In this document: piece by piece, positions 1-12,750 of the stretch
Layout of the letters: each line of letters opens with the position of its first letter
How positions within the stretch are numbered: the first letter of the stretch is position 1
From: Nemertoderma westbladi
Lineage: Eukaryota > Animalia > Xenacoelomorpha
Length of the DNA stretch: 64,000 nt
Assembly (NCBI GenBank): GCA_032718475.1
Contig: JAUCBJ010009090.1
Span: 1 to 64,000, forward strand
Direction: 5' to 3'
Notes under the pieces: generated by a model
Databases searched by the model: none
Seen by the model: the letters and a program-made list of their open reading frames with translations, nothing else
Told to the model about the DNA's origin: nothing
Translations under genes and position numbers: made by a program

Positions 1-1266
1 AGGGATCGAACCTGTGACCATCTGTTTATCCTATTTTGTGTTTAGTTTAGGTACTCTAGTTATTCTATGTTTAACTTATTTTGTGTTGGTTTTATATTGG
101 TCGCGAGTAGGGATTGAACCCGTGACCATCTGTTATCCTATTTTGTGTTTAGTTTAGTTACTCTATGTTAAAGTGAATTTTCACATTATATTTATGTTAA
201 ATTATAAATTTATGTTACAATTATTATTTATATTATAAAAACAGAAATATTCGAGTTATATTGCATTATATATTTTACATTGAAGTGGATTACTTTAGAT
301 GTTGGGGGAATCTGGTTTGCGGGGGATATTTGAATGGTGAGTGTAACTATCCTTGAGAGTTAGTGTGACGTTATCTCACCATGGATGGGCTTTACCACTG
401 TACTCGCATCTGCTCTCTCATTGGCTGCTCGATGCCTCCGATTAAGGGTCTAAGGCCTTCAAGCTGGTCATTTGCTTAATTCTCTAATTGGAGGGATGTG
501 AGTTTGGACCCTAGAAGAGCATTAATCTTTTTCCTAGCTCTTGGATAACTCTAGCATACACTCTAGCTTTGACTCTCCCGGCTATAGTGATAGTATGCAA
601 CCATGGGAGTTAATATGAGTAAAGGCCAAGAGATTAGACTTCAGGCTCCCTCTATTGCTTCATTCTTCTTAACTTTATAAAATAACTCAACCCGTATTTA
701 AAGTTTTAAAAATTATGACTTAGTCGACTAATTTTCCAAAGTATATTATAAAAACATATAATTTCTTGAATAAATAGACCTAATAGTAATAAATAATGTG
801 GGGGTAAATACATTTATAATTCTAATATAATTATTAAGGATAAATAGTCCTAATACTAATATAATTATGTAATAGTAAGCAAAATTTTTATGCGCAACCA
901 TCAGAGATTATTTGGATATAAAAGATCACACAGCAGGAGGCTAACTTGCTGGGATCGACAAAGGCTTTGTGTGCGGTGTGTTGCTATGTCTTATATCGGG
1001 TGGATGAGAGAGCCCCCAGGCGTAACATTGCGGACATGGGCTATATTGCTAGAGAAAGAACTACATATAAGACCATGGCCGGCCCTCATGCAAATTTAGC
1101 GGCGCCAAGGCTAACGGGGCACCTCGAAGACAGTCTGGCTATAGTAGAGTAGAATGGATATACGAGTCCATAGCTAAAATACATCTGCCATGGAGCCTTC
1201 GCGCAGCACTATGCTCACCAAATATATTTATAATTCTCTATCCGCGAAATTTTCAGGTTTGCCGTT

Positions 1267-1885
1267 GCTTCGCGGAAAATATAAAAAGTAAACACAAAAT
1301 AGGATATACAGATTGTCATAGATTCGATTCCCTATCCCCGACCAGGGTCATTATGACCCTCCCCCCGGTATTTGTACAACATTTTATAGCCCGATAGTAT
1401 TGGGGTTATTATGTGACTCATGAAAATAAATCTTAAATACAATACAAATGTTCCATCTTGGTGAAGTGGATGCAATGTATTTACAACTCGAGTGTGGATC
1501 AGGATAGTTTTCGTTAAGGTTTCACCTTGGTGAAGTGGAAGCATTGTATTCACATTTCGAGTACCATTTTTATTGAAACTATGGGGCATTTTATATTAGC
1601 CGATTTTTCAAAATTTGTAAAGTTTTGAGGGTTTTTATGAAAAATATAGGGATTTAGGGATTAACATTCAAATTGACTACGAAGAAGCAATAGGGATCAT
1701 TAATGGTATGTTGAGACTCAGAAATTTTCAGGAAATTTAAATTTTTGCCCTCGCTTCGCGGAAAATATAAAAAGTAAACACAAAATAGGATATACAGATT
1801 GTCATAGATTCGATTCCCTACCCCCGACCAGGGTCATTATGACCCTCCCCGATGTTTGTACAACATTTTATAGCCCGGTAGTATT
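1267..1885 (+). repeat. Two direct copies (~1267-1403, ~1753-1885) of a ~135-bp unit, with related inverted copies at 1-165
   Basis: GCTTCGCGGAAAATATAAAAAGTAAACACAAAATAGGATATACAGATTGTCATAGATTCGATTCCCTA occurs twice; the reverse complement of its core occurs at 1-50 and 108-155. Confidence 0.8.
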
Positions 1886-3030
1886 ATGATTAAAGCTACT
1901 AATCTAAAACATAACAAGTGCAATTATCCTATCTGTTCCAACTCAGTGTCACTAGTTTAGATAATATACTATAATAATAGTAATAGCAGATGCTTTTAAT
2001 TTTGCGATGAAATAATGTTATCAAACGAAATATAGCGAATACATCATAGATAGAGTTTTAAATTTTGCAGTCGCATGGAGTGATAACCCTTAGGTGAAAG
2101 CTAAATTTGCTCTACTTTAATCAAATGGGGCATTAAAGCTATGAGTATATTTTCCTCTACATCCTCCCTCGATCTTACACAAATCTGGGTAAAAGGCAGT
2201 TGAAGGGCTATCATTCCCAACATATGCGGTCCTCCCTTTAATGTTTCATTGTTCTATTCATAGTCGCCTTTAAGAATTTCTCGGGAAAATAAGGATGAGG
2301 GGCTATCACTTTCAACCCATGCGGCCCTCCCTTTCATGATTTCATTGAACTATCCATAGTACGAACAATCAAACCAAAGCCTTTGAATATCCTCGCGGCT
2401 TATCAGCGGCGCCATGGCTAACGGCTTAATATTAACAGTGAAGCATCTAAAAGACAGAGTGTCTATGATAGGGCAGAACAGTATACTTACAGCCTAGAGG
2501 TGGTCGCCCTGAAAACTTTGCTCGCCATCAATACATACAAAGCATCGCTTGATGGATAGAGTAATAGGGTGGATATTTTCATTTTGGTGAATATAATTTA
2601 TAGCATTAATCACGAAAATCGCTAAATAATATATTTTAATTAAAATCAACTCTGATAAACAACTTGCATATCGAGTTTGTAAAGAATTCATAGGGATTGG
2701 CTGTTTATTTAGGGGTTAACATTCAAATTGATTACGAAGAAGCAGTAGGGGTCATTAATGGTATGCTGAGACTCACTTATTTCATGGCTCGCTCTCATAG
2801 TATAGATTAACTAGTAGAGAAAAATGAAAAATAGGTGGTTAAACATCTTATATTTTTTAAACATTATGGGGAAACAAGAATAAATAATTTACCGACAACA
2901 TCAATATTAAATAATATAACAACAACGGATAAATAATTTACCAACAACATTAATAATAAATAATATAAGAACATCAACAATAACAAAAGATATAGTCAGA
3001 ACAGTTTTTAATAAATAGAGACTGTTTATA

Positions 3031-4743
3031 TTAATAGGGTTGCTGGTCTCCGAGAGTAACGTTTGGTTTAACCCTTTTAGGGTCCGATACTATTAATGGC
3101 TGCGATAATTTTCTCTTTAATAGTTTGTTGAGATAACCTTTTCTTGGGGGGTGAAATAGATTAAGGTGTGTTTGCTGCGGGAGAAAGATGCCTTCTCTGA
3201 GAGAACGTTTTAGTAATTCGAAAAGGCGCGCGATGGTAAAGTCGTTGGACAGGGTGATAGTGTTGGTATTTTTCGTATTGGTGAATATAATTTCTGTTGG
3301 TTTGTTCTCGATATGAATGTAAGGACTGAGATAGTAGTGAGAGTTGGGTGGGTTGGTTATATTTATTGTGAGAAAATCGCTCCCCCTAATATTGAGACCG
3401 TTGGTGAACTGAAAAGTGGTATTCTCTTCGTCTTTCATTAAAATGGGCCAGATACCAACATATTTTTCGGATTTGAACTTATAGATAAAGGCTGCGATAC
3501 TGCTATTTATGAGATTGCGCTGGTGATTGGGGATCGTAATCTGCTTCGGTTTGAAAGCAAATTGTATAGCCATAGCCTTGAATCTGATTAGAGCCTCGCG
3601 CGCTTGAATCGTGTTAGCTATAGTAAAGGATTCGTTAAATTTTCTCTCGGTTATCTGTAAATCAATTTCTGAGTCACTGATACAACTTTGTATCGATATT
3701 CGCTCGGAAATGTTGTCTTTGTAGACGTTAAGTTCATCGTAGCAGACACATTCACTATCCTCGATGGCTGAATCGAACCATTTCAATTCGCCGACCTCGG
3801 TTGGTGTAAGAAGAATCATGCCCCTAGAAGAAACAATAGCCTTTCCATCGTCAACCTCGTAGCCATTGGTGATTGCTAAATTGCGCTCGTTCCGAATATT
3901 TGTAACAAACCCAAAAGTGCAATAGTCAAAAGCAACCCAATTGCCCGGTTTTAGGACAAGGTGAGTAGTAGGATTAATAAAAGGGCGACATATGTTTACA
4001 TATTGTTGAAATAAATTGGCGCAGGCGACTGAAAATGTGATCCATGAACTGTTTACAGTGTCTTCCATCTTTATTAACTCGAGTGGTTTCACTGGGTTAA
4101 TACTTCCATAGGTGCCAACTCTATAATTGAATCCAAAGTAATAGGAGACTTTATTGGCGAAAAAGCATGTGAGCTCATTCAATTTCTCGCCGAAAGCGAG
4201 AACATCCTTATCGAAAAGTTTAAAGAAACGAGTCTCCTCTTCCTCGGTCGGAGTCGACGAGTTCCAGATGAGAAGAAGAATCGAGTTTGCGATACTATGA
4301 AAATCAAATAAGCGATCATCGGAGAAGAAGGAGGTTACGAGAGTGGTTAAACCCAGTAGACGATTTGCCACATCTTGGTTGATGTTTTTTCGAATAAAAT
4401 CGACTATACTAGTTGGAATCGTAAACGTTTCGGGCGAAGTAGTTAGATTGAACGTTATTTTGTTGGCCCTTTTTAAAAGTTTGAAACCGTGGTTGGAGGA
4501 ATGAAGTTTATTATCGTCGAGGGTTTGATATTGTCCATCGTGAAGTTCGTAGCAGGCGCGGAAAATAAAGTGCGCGTAGTTTGCCGGAATCGGGATGGGT
4601 TGGTTTAATGTTGTATTTATCGTTAACGGGAAGAGTTTGTTCGCCGGATCGAAATATAGACCAAACGAGTTGTCTTGTAGCATAAACTGATTTTCGTTGC
4701 AAACCAGATCGTTGCCTGAATAGCTGATTTCTGAATGTGCCAT
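3031..4743 (-). CDS. Intronless 570-aa hypothetical protein (ORFan) with basic C-terminal NLS-like motifs; possible Maverick/viral accessory gene
   Basis: Uninterrupted 1.7-kb ATG-to-TAA ORF in AT-rich DNA with protein-like composition; C-terminal KRKL and PKRVKP; upstream TATA/CCAAT/CRE cluster; ATTAAA just downstream. No family recognised. Confidence 0.8.
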   Translation of the reverse strand: MAHSEISYSGNDLVCNENQFMLQDNSFGLYFDPANKLFPLTINTTLNQPIPIPANYAHFIFRACYELHDGQYQTLDDNKLHSSNHGFKLLKRANKITFNLTTSPETFTIPTSIVDFIRKNINQDVANRLLGLTTLVTSFFSDDRLFDFHSIANSILLLIWNSSTPTEEEETRFFKLFDKDVLAFGEKLNELTCFFANKVSYYFGFNYRVGTYGSINPVKPLELIKMEDTVNSSWITFSVACANLFQQYVNICRPFINPTTHLVLKPGNWVAFDYCTFGFVTNIRNERNLAITNGYEVDDGKAIVSSRGMILLTPTEVGELKWFDSAIEDSECVCYDELNVYKDNISERISIQSCISDSEIDLQITERKFNESFTIANTIQAREALIRFKAMAIQFAFKPKQITIPNHQRNLINSSIAAFIYKFKSEKYVGIWPILMKDEENTTFQFTNGLNIRGSDFLTINITNPPNSHYYLSPYIHIENKPTEIIFTNTKNTNTITLSNDFTIARLFELLKRSLREGIFLPQQTHLNLFHPPRKGYLNKLLKRKLSQPLIVSDPKRVKPNVTLGDQQPY

Positions 4744-4866
4744 CGTGATTGTGTACCGGTAACTCGTTTAGGAAATAAAAATAAATAAATACTTTTACGA
4801 AAATAATTAAAACTTTTCAGGAAAACAAAGAGACAATGATTGGGAATGTGGTGAACGGGGGGGGGG

Positions 4867-4965
4867 CTATTATAGAGGGGGCTAGAATGGGTTAGCCAAT
4901 CAGGGAACAGGAGGGAGAAAAGACTGTATAATTAAACCAATCAGAGAGCAGCTTTGATGACGTCA
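4867..4965 (-). promoter_or_regulatory. Compact Pol II promoter for the 570-aa ORF: TATA-like box, two CCAAT boxes, CRE
   Basis: TATAAT (minus strand, 4869-4874), CCAATCAG at 4896 and 4937, perfect TGACGTCA at 4958-4965, all 125-225 bp upstream of the ATG in the expected order. Confidence 0.6.
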
Positions 4966-5331
4966 CATCAGGCGAGATAATGAATGCCCAATGTTATTTA
5001 ATGGTAGGCAGAGTGGCGCCATTGAATAACGAAGACAAAGGGGCCGTGAGAGGAAAGATTATAAAGTTAACGATAAGGGATCTATAAACCATAGAGCTAA
5101 ATATAGACATTATGTCATAGTGATCTCATTGGTAATATAAAAACTAATTAATCTAAAATTAAAAATCAATGTATAAAGTAAAAGTAATATATACAATTAA
5201 TTAATTTAAAATAAAGTACAAATGAATAAATAAAGTAAAATAAAGTACAATTAATTAATTAAAATTAAATATAAATAAATAGTTAAATTGAAAATAACAA
5301 AGTTAGAGAAGATGTTAATTTTCAGATAATA

Positions 5332-5495
5332 CGCCCTCTAGCGGCAGACTATGGAACTGCAGGCGGTTGGATATAGGTAAGAGTAATTAGTAATCAGAGC
5401 TGTCACGGGGTGGGGGCAGGGGCGCTTGGATACAACTATCATTAATATGCTGTTGCTTGGTTAAAGCTAATTGGGGGGTCAAAGGTCAAAGGTCA
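5332..5495. promoter_or_regulatory. CTCF-like site and tandem DR1 nuclear-receptor half sites
   Basis: TGCCGCTAGAGGGCG (minus strand, 5332-5346) resembles the CTCF core; GGGTCA-A-AGGTCA-A-AGGTCA at 5476-5495. Confidence 0.4.
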
Positions 5496-5688
5496 ACGAT
5501 AAAGCTGTCTGGATATAGATAAGAGTAATTAGTTACCAGTAAGGGAGCTGTATACCCATAAAGTACAAATGAATAATTAATTTAGAATTAAATACGAATA
5601 AAATAAAATGCAAATAATTAATTAAAATTAAATATAAATAAATAGATATTAATGAATAAAAGAGCTGCGGTGTCACTTATGACACCCT

Positions 5689-5993
5689 CTTGAGCCGGCT
5701 CTGCGACAGTTGGACCTCACTGATGACCCATTGTGTATCAGGGCGCTAATCAGTCTGATTAATTAGGATAATCAATTAAACCCTAATTAGGAGTCATATG
5801 ACACCTGTTAGGGTTTAATTGTACTAATTAATTGATGACACCTGTCAATTAGGGTCTAATTAGCCTAATTGGGAGGTGTCACCCAGACAGTCTGGCGCCA
5901 ATGACACCCAATGACACCCATAGGGTGATAATTGGGTGTCATATGACACCCAATGGGTGTCAGTGAGGTCCAACTGTCGCAGAGCCGGCCAAG
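5689..5993. repeat. ~300-bp foldback with ~42-bp inverted arms and internal TGACACC iterons
   Basis: GCCGGCTCTGCGACAGTTGGACCTCACTGA (5694-5723) is inverted at 5960-5989; the interior has many TGACACC/GGTGTCA words and small palindromes. Confidence 0.8.
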
Positions 5994-6200
5994 ACCCTAC
6001 TACTTTTGTTTTTAATTATACTGTATTCATCCCTATTGTTATATTATTCCTATCCCCCCCCCTCACCCCATCTGATTATATTAATTACTCAATGTTATAT
6101 AATCTATCTGCAATAAATTAGTTGTGAACTATATGGATACAACTTACATACATAAATGGGATACGCATTGCGTATCTCCTTCTGTCAACCAATACTAGCC

Positions 6201-7367
6201 AACTTTGTTCCTAAAATGTGAAAATGCGAATATTGTTCCCATTCACATCGAACTTTGTTCCTATTTTTGCGAATTTCGTTCCTATTTGAGTGAATTTTGT
6301 TCCTATGAAATTTAATTAGTCTGTCTGTCTCGCAAATCTATTGCGAATTTTGTTCCTATGACAGCGAATTTTGTTCCAATCACAATTACAGTACTGCAGT
6401 AGCTAGATTTACTGTAGATGAATAACAACATGCAGAAATTCACTTCCATGCCGTCATCTTTCCCACGAAATTAACATAGTAGTATTAGATTGAATAGGAA
6501 ACTTTTACTTACTTCGAGAATCATTAACATAAATTAACTTTGCTTTATTAATTATCTTACCGCCAGTATTTTCAACCCGCTATAGTGGCGGACGCAAGTG
6601 AAATAATTTATAAAAGCCTACAACATACTAATGATATATAGCAGTATAGTCCTATGATATACCGGTATGTCAAGGGGGAAATATATTTGCAGTCATTGTT
6701 GTTATTATCTGATTATACTATATTATTGTAAAAAAACTTTTCCATCAATAATAAATAAAATATTATTGCAAAGCAGCAATGTAATTATTAATTAAGCCTA
6801 CTGGTATTGTAAAAATAATATTGCATGAACAATTATTAATCTGTTAATTATTACAAAAATATTATTGCTTGATGCATAAATAATCATTAGGCCTAATTAT
6901 TATAAAATAACATTGCATTAATTATTATAAAAATAACATTGCATTAATTATTATAAAAATAATATTGCATTAATAATTTATAAATTATTTTAAAATATTA
7001 TTGCAAAATAATTATTAATTAGGCCTATTGTAATATTGCATGAATAATTATTAATCTGTCAAATATTACAAAAATATTATTGTTTGATCCGTAAATAATC
7101 ATTAATTATTATAAAAATAATATGCATTAATAATTATTAATTATTTTCAAAATATTATTAATCAATAATTATTACTGTAATAATTATTGTAAAAAATATC
7201 CCTCTGTGTTGGAGGGATGTAGTTTTATATTGCTGTATTATCTGAAACTGCAAACCATATAGCCAAGGAACAAAATTCCCTCAAATAGGAACGAAATTCG
7301 CAAAAATAGGAACAAAGTTCGATGTGAATTGGAACAAAAATCGCATTTTCACATTTTAGGAAACAAG
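6201..7367. mobile_element. MITE with ~100-bp terminal inverted repeats and an AT-rich repetitive interior
   Basis: 6201-6303 (TTTGTTCCTAAAATGTGAAAATGCG...) is the reverse complement of 7267-7367; internal ATTATTGCA/AATAATT repeats. Confidence 0.75.
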
Positions 7368-7921
7368 ATCGCGCTCCGAAGTTTACAGTATTTTATCGCA
7401 CTCTACATTAATAACATCGTCTTAAATTGAACTGGCAAGTCATAATTGTTCTTAATTAAGAAAAATTAAGACATAAAATATTCTAAATAAGAAATAAGTT
7501 AAACTCCTAAATAGGAAGTCCAAAAAATATTTCCAATACAAGAAATTCTCGGAAAAAGGCTAAAAAGGCTTTAAAATGGCTATAGAAAGCGAACGCACAG
7601 ATAGTTTTTTTTTCTAGTTTTCACAACAAACGCTGAAACGTAGTATAGATTAACGTCCAATAACCAGGAATTCAAATATGCCGCTAAAATTTATTTAAAA
7701 AGATAACGAAGAAAATGTTCAGAAAAATGGCAAAAATTTCCTATATAGGAAGCACTTTTTCCTATAGGCCTATACAGATATAGGAAGAAAAAAAAACTTC
7801 ATATTTAAGAAACCTACCCTAACTGGCAGGAGTGCAGGTAGTCCCTTACACACACACCCTTCTGCCTATCCACCTATAGGCCTATCAGTATATCATATAT
7901 GCAATATGCTGATATGGTTTT

Positions 7922-8240
7922 CTTAACGATAAACTCGGAATTAATCTTGAACTGAGCGACATAGACCGATGTCACAACCTGCATAAAACTGAACCCAGAC
8001 TGCCAGAAACTAAACCTCCCGGCGTCGAGAACTCATCGAGACCAACTGACAGACTAATGCTCAGATGCTACGAGTTCATATTTAATAAAGATTACAGATT
8101 AGTACCGACGGTAATCTTCGAGCGAAGGCAAAAGGCTGAACCTGAAAGGTTATCTCAACACGGAAGCTTCTCAAGGGAACGCCTGTGTTCATATCGGAGA
8201 GCCTGACAAGACGAAGCGAAGATTTTTTCAGGCGGCTTTG
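7922..8240 (+). pseudogene. Degenerate LINE ORF1-like fragment (CR1/L2-type)
   Basis: Manual translation gives LNDKLGINLELSDIDRCH and, after disruptions, RKLLKGTPVFISESLTRR, typical of ORF1 RRM/C-terminal domains; stops and frameshifts are present. Confidence 0.55.
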
Positions 8241-8816
8241 ATTGTTTACGGTTAGGCCGATTATATTATAGTTTTTAGGCAAAACATGGCAGCATGCTGG
8301 CATGGTTTCTGGGTTTTGGATATCAATTCAGCAATTTGCATACGACCCCTCTGCCCCTTTTATATTACAGTATTACTACAGTACTACTACACTTACACTA
8401 TATTATTATTCACATTACAGCATTATATTATTACCGGTAGTCAGGTAGTACTGTAGTACACTTCTGCACTTATGACACTGCAGTAATTCTGTAATTTTAA
8501 ACTCTACAGCTCTAGAACTCCAACCAACACTAACAGACTCACCAAGTTGGGCTATATTCCATAGCTACTGGCGCTGACAACACTTCATCATGCAGTCCTC
8601 CCGCTTCGATAACATTGGTATCATCCATCTCGACTTCTGGACTTTAGTATGTTAGTACCGTACCGCCATAACGCAGTAACGGCATTTGGTAGCGGTACCG
8701 GTACAGCTGTACAGCGGTAGGCAGTCAGGCAGTACCTGGTACCTGGGTTGCTGGGTACTGTTAACAGTTAATTTATTAAGTTCCAAAAATAGGTTTCTTA
8801 TTGGTTGTAAACGTTA

Positions 8817-9203
8817 AGCAGACACTGGTGCAGACACGTGGTGCAGACACCTGGTGCAGACACGTGGTGCAGACACCTGGTGCAGACACTGGTGCAGACA
8901 GGTGGTACCGACAGCTGCTGGTGCAGACAGTATGGTGAAGACACCTGGTGCAGACAGTGGTGCAGACACTGGTGTGGACACCTTGGTGCAGACATGTGCA
9001 GACACCTGGTGCAGACACCTGCTGCAGACACTGGTGCAAATACATGGTGCAGACAGTGGTACAGAAACCTGGTGCAGACATAGTGGTGCAGACACTGGTG
9101 CAGACACCTGGTGCAGACACTGGTGCAGACACTTGTGCAGACACCTGGTGCAGACAGTGGTGCAGACACCTGGTGCAGACAGTTGTGCAGACACCTGGTG
9201 CAG
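8817..9203. repeat. Minisatellite of variable 10-13-bp units around TGGTGCAGACA
   Basis: About 30 copies of GTGCAGACA with short variable linkers; explains the six overlapping low-complexity ORFs. Confidence 0.9.
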
Positions 9204-10283
9204 AGAGCAAAGAGTATTTTTAAACCAGACATGGTACAGTGTAATCATATCGCCCAACGGTGCCTCGTCGCATGTTCGAGCCTGAGTTAACAGTGACACG
9301 TTATTCTTACCAAAACAATAAACGAAAGGTTCCAGTTTTATTTTTGGAGTAATCCGCTGTTATTTGCTTCTAATTTTTATTGCGTCGAAGGGCCCCCCTA
9401 TAAGATAGATTAAGTTCAATATATAACGCAATTTAAATTGTATTTAATTATGTAATAAATTTGACCAGTACAAGAAGGGCGCGGGTAATACATATTTATA
9501 AAACACATGTACGTACATAATGTAATGCCCACTGATGTGGTGGGCATTAAGGGTCAGTAGTAAAGTTTTTAAAAAACCTTATAAAATGGCAAAATGGGCC
9601 CATATGGGCACTAAGGGTCATTAGGAACTTTTTACAAATAGATTTTCAACCACAATAAGAAAAAAACCTCATCAAATTAGTATAATAGGAACACATAAAA
9701 GCGTATATAATAAAGTGTGACCCTTAATGCCCCCGTTTGCCCTAAATGCTGAAAGTTATCGTGCGTCGTAATTAAATACTGGAACCAGATCGACCGTCGT
9801 TATTAATGTTGACATTATCGACCGTCGTAATTAAATAATGGAACCAGATCGACCATCGTTATTAATGTTGACATTATCGACCGTCGTAATTAAATAATGG
9901 AACTTGATCGACCGTCGTTATTAATGTTGACATTATCGACCGTCGTAATTAATAGCTGTTGTTGTTGCTATGATACCATGAATAGGCGGGATATTTGAAT
10001 TATGTCCTGCAATAGGCCTAGATTTGGGTACTGCTGTACTGTACCGCACCGGTGCGGTGCTGCAGTAGGTAATTAATATAATTAATTACCATACTGCCCT
10101 GCCGTTTTCCTACCTTCGTTTCGTTTCGAAATTTTACATTACAGTTTGCCAGAGGCTAGTTTAATTCAGCGAATTAGTCACGCAGCAACGAACTTGGACT
10201 TAGTAAACAGTATTAATTATCCTAATAATCATACTGGTGTGGCTTATCATGGCTATCTTATTCAACTACGTAAAAACTTACTT

Positions 10284-12388
10284 CCCTGCAAACAATTTAC
10301 TTTCAAGGAATGTCAGAAAAACATCATTAATTTGTTATAAATGTTGATAAATGTTATTCCCTTGTTTGATAGAATATTTAGATGTTCAATATATGTTATT
10401 TTAACATTACTCTATAATGTCTTTGTCAGACATTAAATAAATGATAACTGTTGATGTTAAAAAAACGTAATTTTAATGTGAGAACATAAACATTAGTCAA
10501 AAATGTTTTATAAGTGTTTAGTTCTAACATTTTAAGAACATGGTTTGTTACATATCAGAACAATGTTATTTTGTCACATAAAATAAACATTATGCGATAG
10601 ACGCTGTCACTTCTATTATCTAATCTGAGATTGATGATTGGCTAATTTTAAAATTCGCGGTAATGGAGGAATTTTCCACATGTAAATGGTATACAGTATG
10701 GTATGTTGTACAATACTCATTCTGGCATGCCTGTATTCAATGTTTATTGTGTATATGTATTGTTATACTGCTGTACTGCAAGGCCTATATCTATATTACA
10801 GTAGTGCTGTAGTGTAGTTACTGCAGGCCTACTGCACTGTACAGTAGCTTATATTTTTGGTTTTATAGTTTTGGTTTTGTGATTTATTTAACCTGAACTC
10901 ATAAATTAAACATATCTACCTGAATGCGAGTTCGCCTATACCAGTATACCCTCTGGATTCACACATTACTGCATTAGACCTACCAATTACAGAATTCAAG
11001 TCTGCCAGGACCAGGAAATCCCCTTAAACCAGCACTGACAGGTGGAGGATTGACTTATTTGTCTGTACTGATGGTGGATTTCAACAGCCGAGGACTAAAG
11101 ATTGGAATTCTAATTATTGGGAGGTCCCAGTTTTCAGTTGAAGGGGCAGGGCACAGGGACAACATTACTACAAAACTTTCGTTTCGATTTGAAAACTTCA
11201 CATTAACTGTTATTACGAACTATTTATTGTTTCAGTTTTTAGATTGTACTTTTGTAGGGCCTAGGCCTATTGATTTATTTTTACAGTTTAATAAATGAAG
11301 CTCACTCAGCTATAATGTTCAGATAGGGTGGATTTGCGATGCAATCAAAATCATCCCTCTCCAGGGAGATATCGATTCAAATAAGTACTGATTACTCTCA
11401 TAGAAATAAATCTGTAACCTGTTTTTTTTTATTTACCCGTATGATATAATAATGTGCCTCTGTAGCCAACTGTAAACTGCTCCTTTTAATAATTTAACAT
11501 TGTTGTGAGGTATTATTTATTAAACCCACTATTTGTACATTATTTTATATAGACTACAAATCAGATCTATAAATCTAGTGAATAATATTAACTCAATGCA
11601 ATTCATTACGTTGTTGTCACTTATTATTACGTCATAAACATATTCTTTTTAAGTCTGTGATTAAATTTAACCGAAATATCAAAACCATTTACGTAATGGG
11701 CCATACAGCCATATATTTGTTTTACTTATTCTGTGATATTTTACTTTGATTTTGCTGTTTATTTCATTATTTGATCCTGACTGGTCATTATACAAAAAAT
11801 TCAATTCATGTTAAACGTTTTAATTGTTATTAATTTGCATACAATTTCCTACAACAAAATTGTATTCAATCAAACTGTGTTAGAGATTGTAGCCTGCCAC
11901 TACCATATCAACATGCGTAGGGAAATTATTAATTAATTATTCAATAAAGGTTTTGGCAATTATAAAGAACGATATAAAGAACGGCAATGGAGGGGGATTA
12001 TTAGTTTGAGCAAGCGAACCAACCATAAAACCAATTAGAAGGGCTTAAATGCACGTATAATGTTACGTTTTTAGCAAACAATATTTTTATGTTAAGAAAT
12101 AACATAAAAGTAACGATCTAAATAAACATTATGCCGTTGTTATTTTAATGTCAATAAAAATACAATAATAATGATAAGGAATAACATAAAAGTAATGATA
12201 TATGTAACCATCCTGGCTTTGTTATTTTAATGTTATTAAAAACGAAATAATAACGTTAGTATATAACGTCATATTTCTTGGCCAATTTACAGTTTTTTTA
12301 TCATTAATCTAACAATTTGAAATAATGTTATCTATGTCATTAAATAACATTTTAATAACAGCTTTTTAACCATACATTGTTTGCAGGG
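10284..12388. mobile_element. Non-autonomous CACTA/EnSpm-like element nested in the IS3EU-like element
   Basis: 13-bp TIR CCCTGCAAACAAT...ATTGTTTGCAGGG, 2-bp TSD TT, many subterminal TAACATT/AATGTTA repeats. Confidence 0.65.
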
Positions 12389-12507
12389 TTACAGCTGTAA
12401 CTAACACCTGAGAATAGGTCTAGGTGCTCGTCTCGTTGCACAGACTTAATTAGACTGCCATATAGAGGTTTTACTAGCAGGTCTTTAAGAATCGGAGTCG
12501 ATAATCA

Positions 12508-12750
12508 GCGTGGTCGTCCGTCTTTTGACATTCCATCGGAAACCCTGAGTATGAGTTTCCTTAAAGAAACCGTATTTAATTGGAAGCAAATTTCGAAGAT
12601 ATTCGGTGTTAGTATGTCCGAAATAATGACACGTGTAAGACAATACGGTTTGCAACGAGTTAGACGAGTGGTTACCACGGGAACACTGTTTGCCGCTATT
12701 AGAGAAATACACCCCGGGAATTTCCACATGCCGGTTGCCGGATCCCGGAT
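12508..12750 (+). pseudogene. Transposase N-terminal HTH remnant (IS3EU/integrase-core type)
   Basis: Translates RGRPSFDIPSETL..FLKETVFNWKQISKIFGVS...RVRQYGL...IREIH...P.AGSRMV, a pattern found upstream of integrase-core domains; truncated. Confidence 0.55.

Larger units (their letters stand above)
1..6004. mobile_element. Putative right end of a Maverick/Polinton-like element (left part outside window)
   Basis: Region ends in CTACTACT at 5997-6004 (minus strand reads AGTAGTAGGGTC...), matching the AGTAGT terminus known for Mavericks. It contains an intronless ORFan, internally duplicated segments (1590-1720 vs 2600-2775) and a motif-rich subterminal zone. No pPolB, integrase or capsid gene is visible, so the call is tentative. 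Confidence 0.4.

Noticed and set aside
8776-9299. Six overlapping Cys-rich ORFs; also a repeat-spacer-like look
   Set aside because: Artefact of a stop-free GTGCAGACA minisatellite; linkers are only 1-6 bp.
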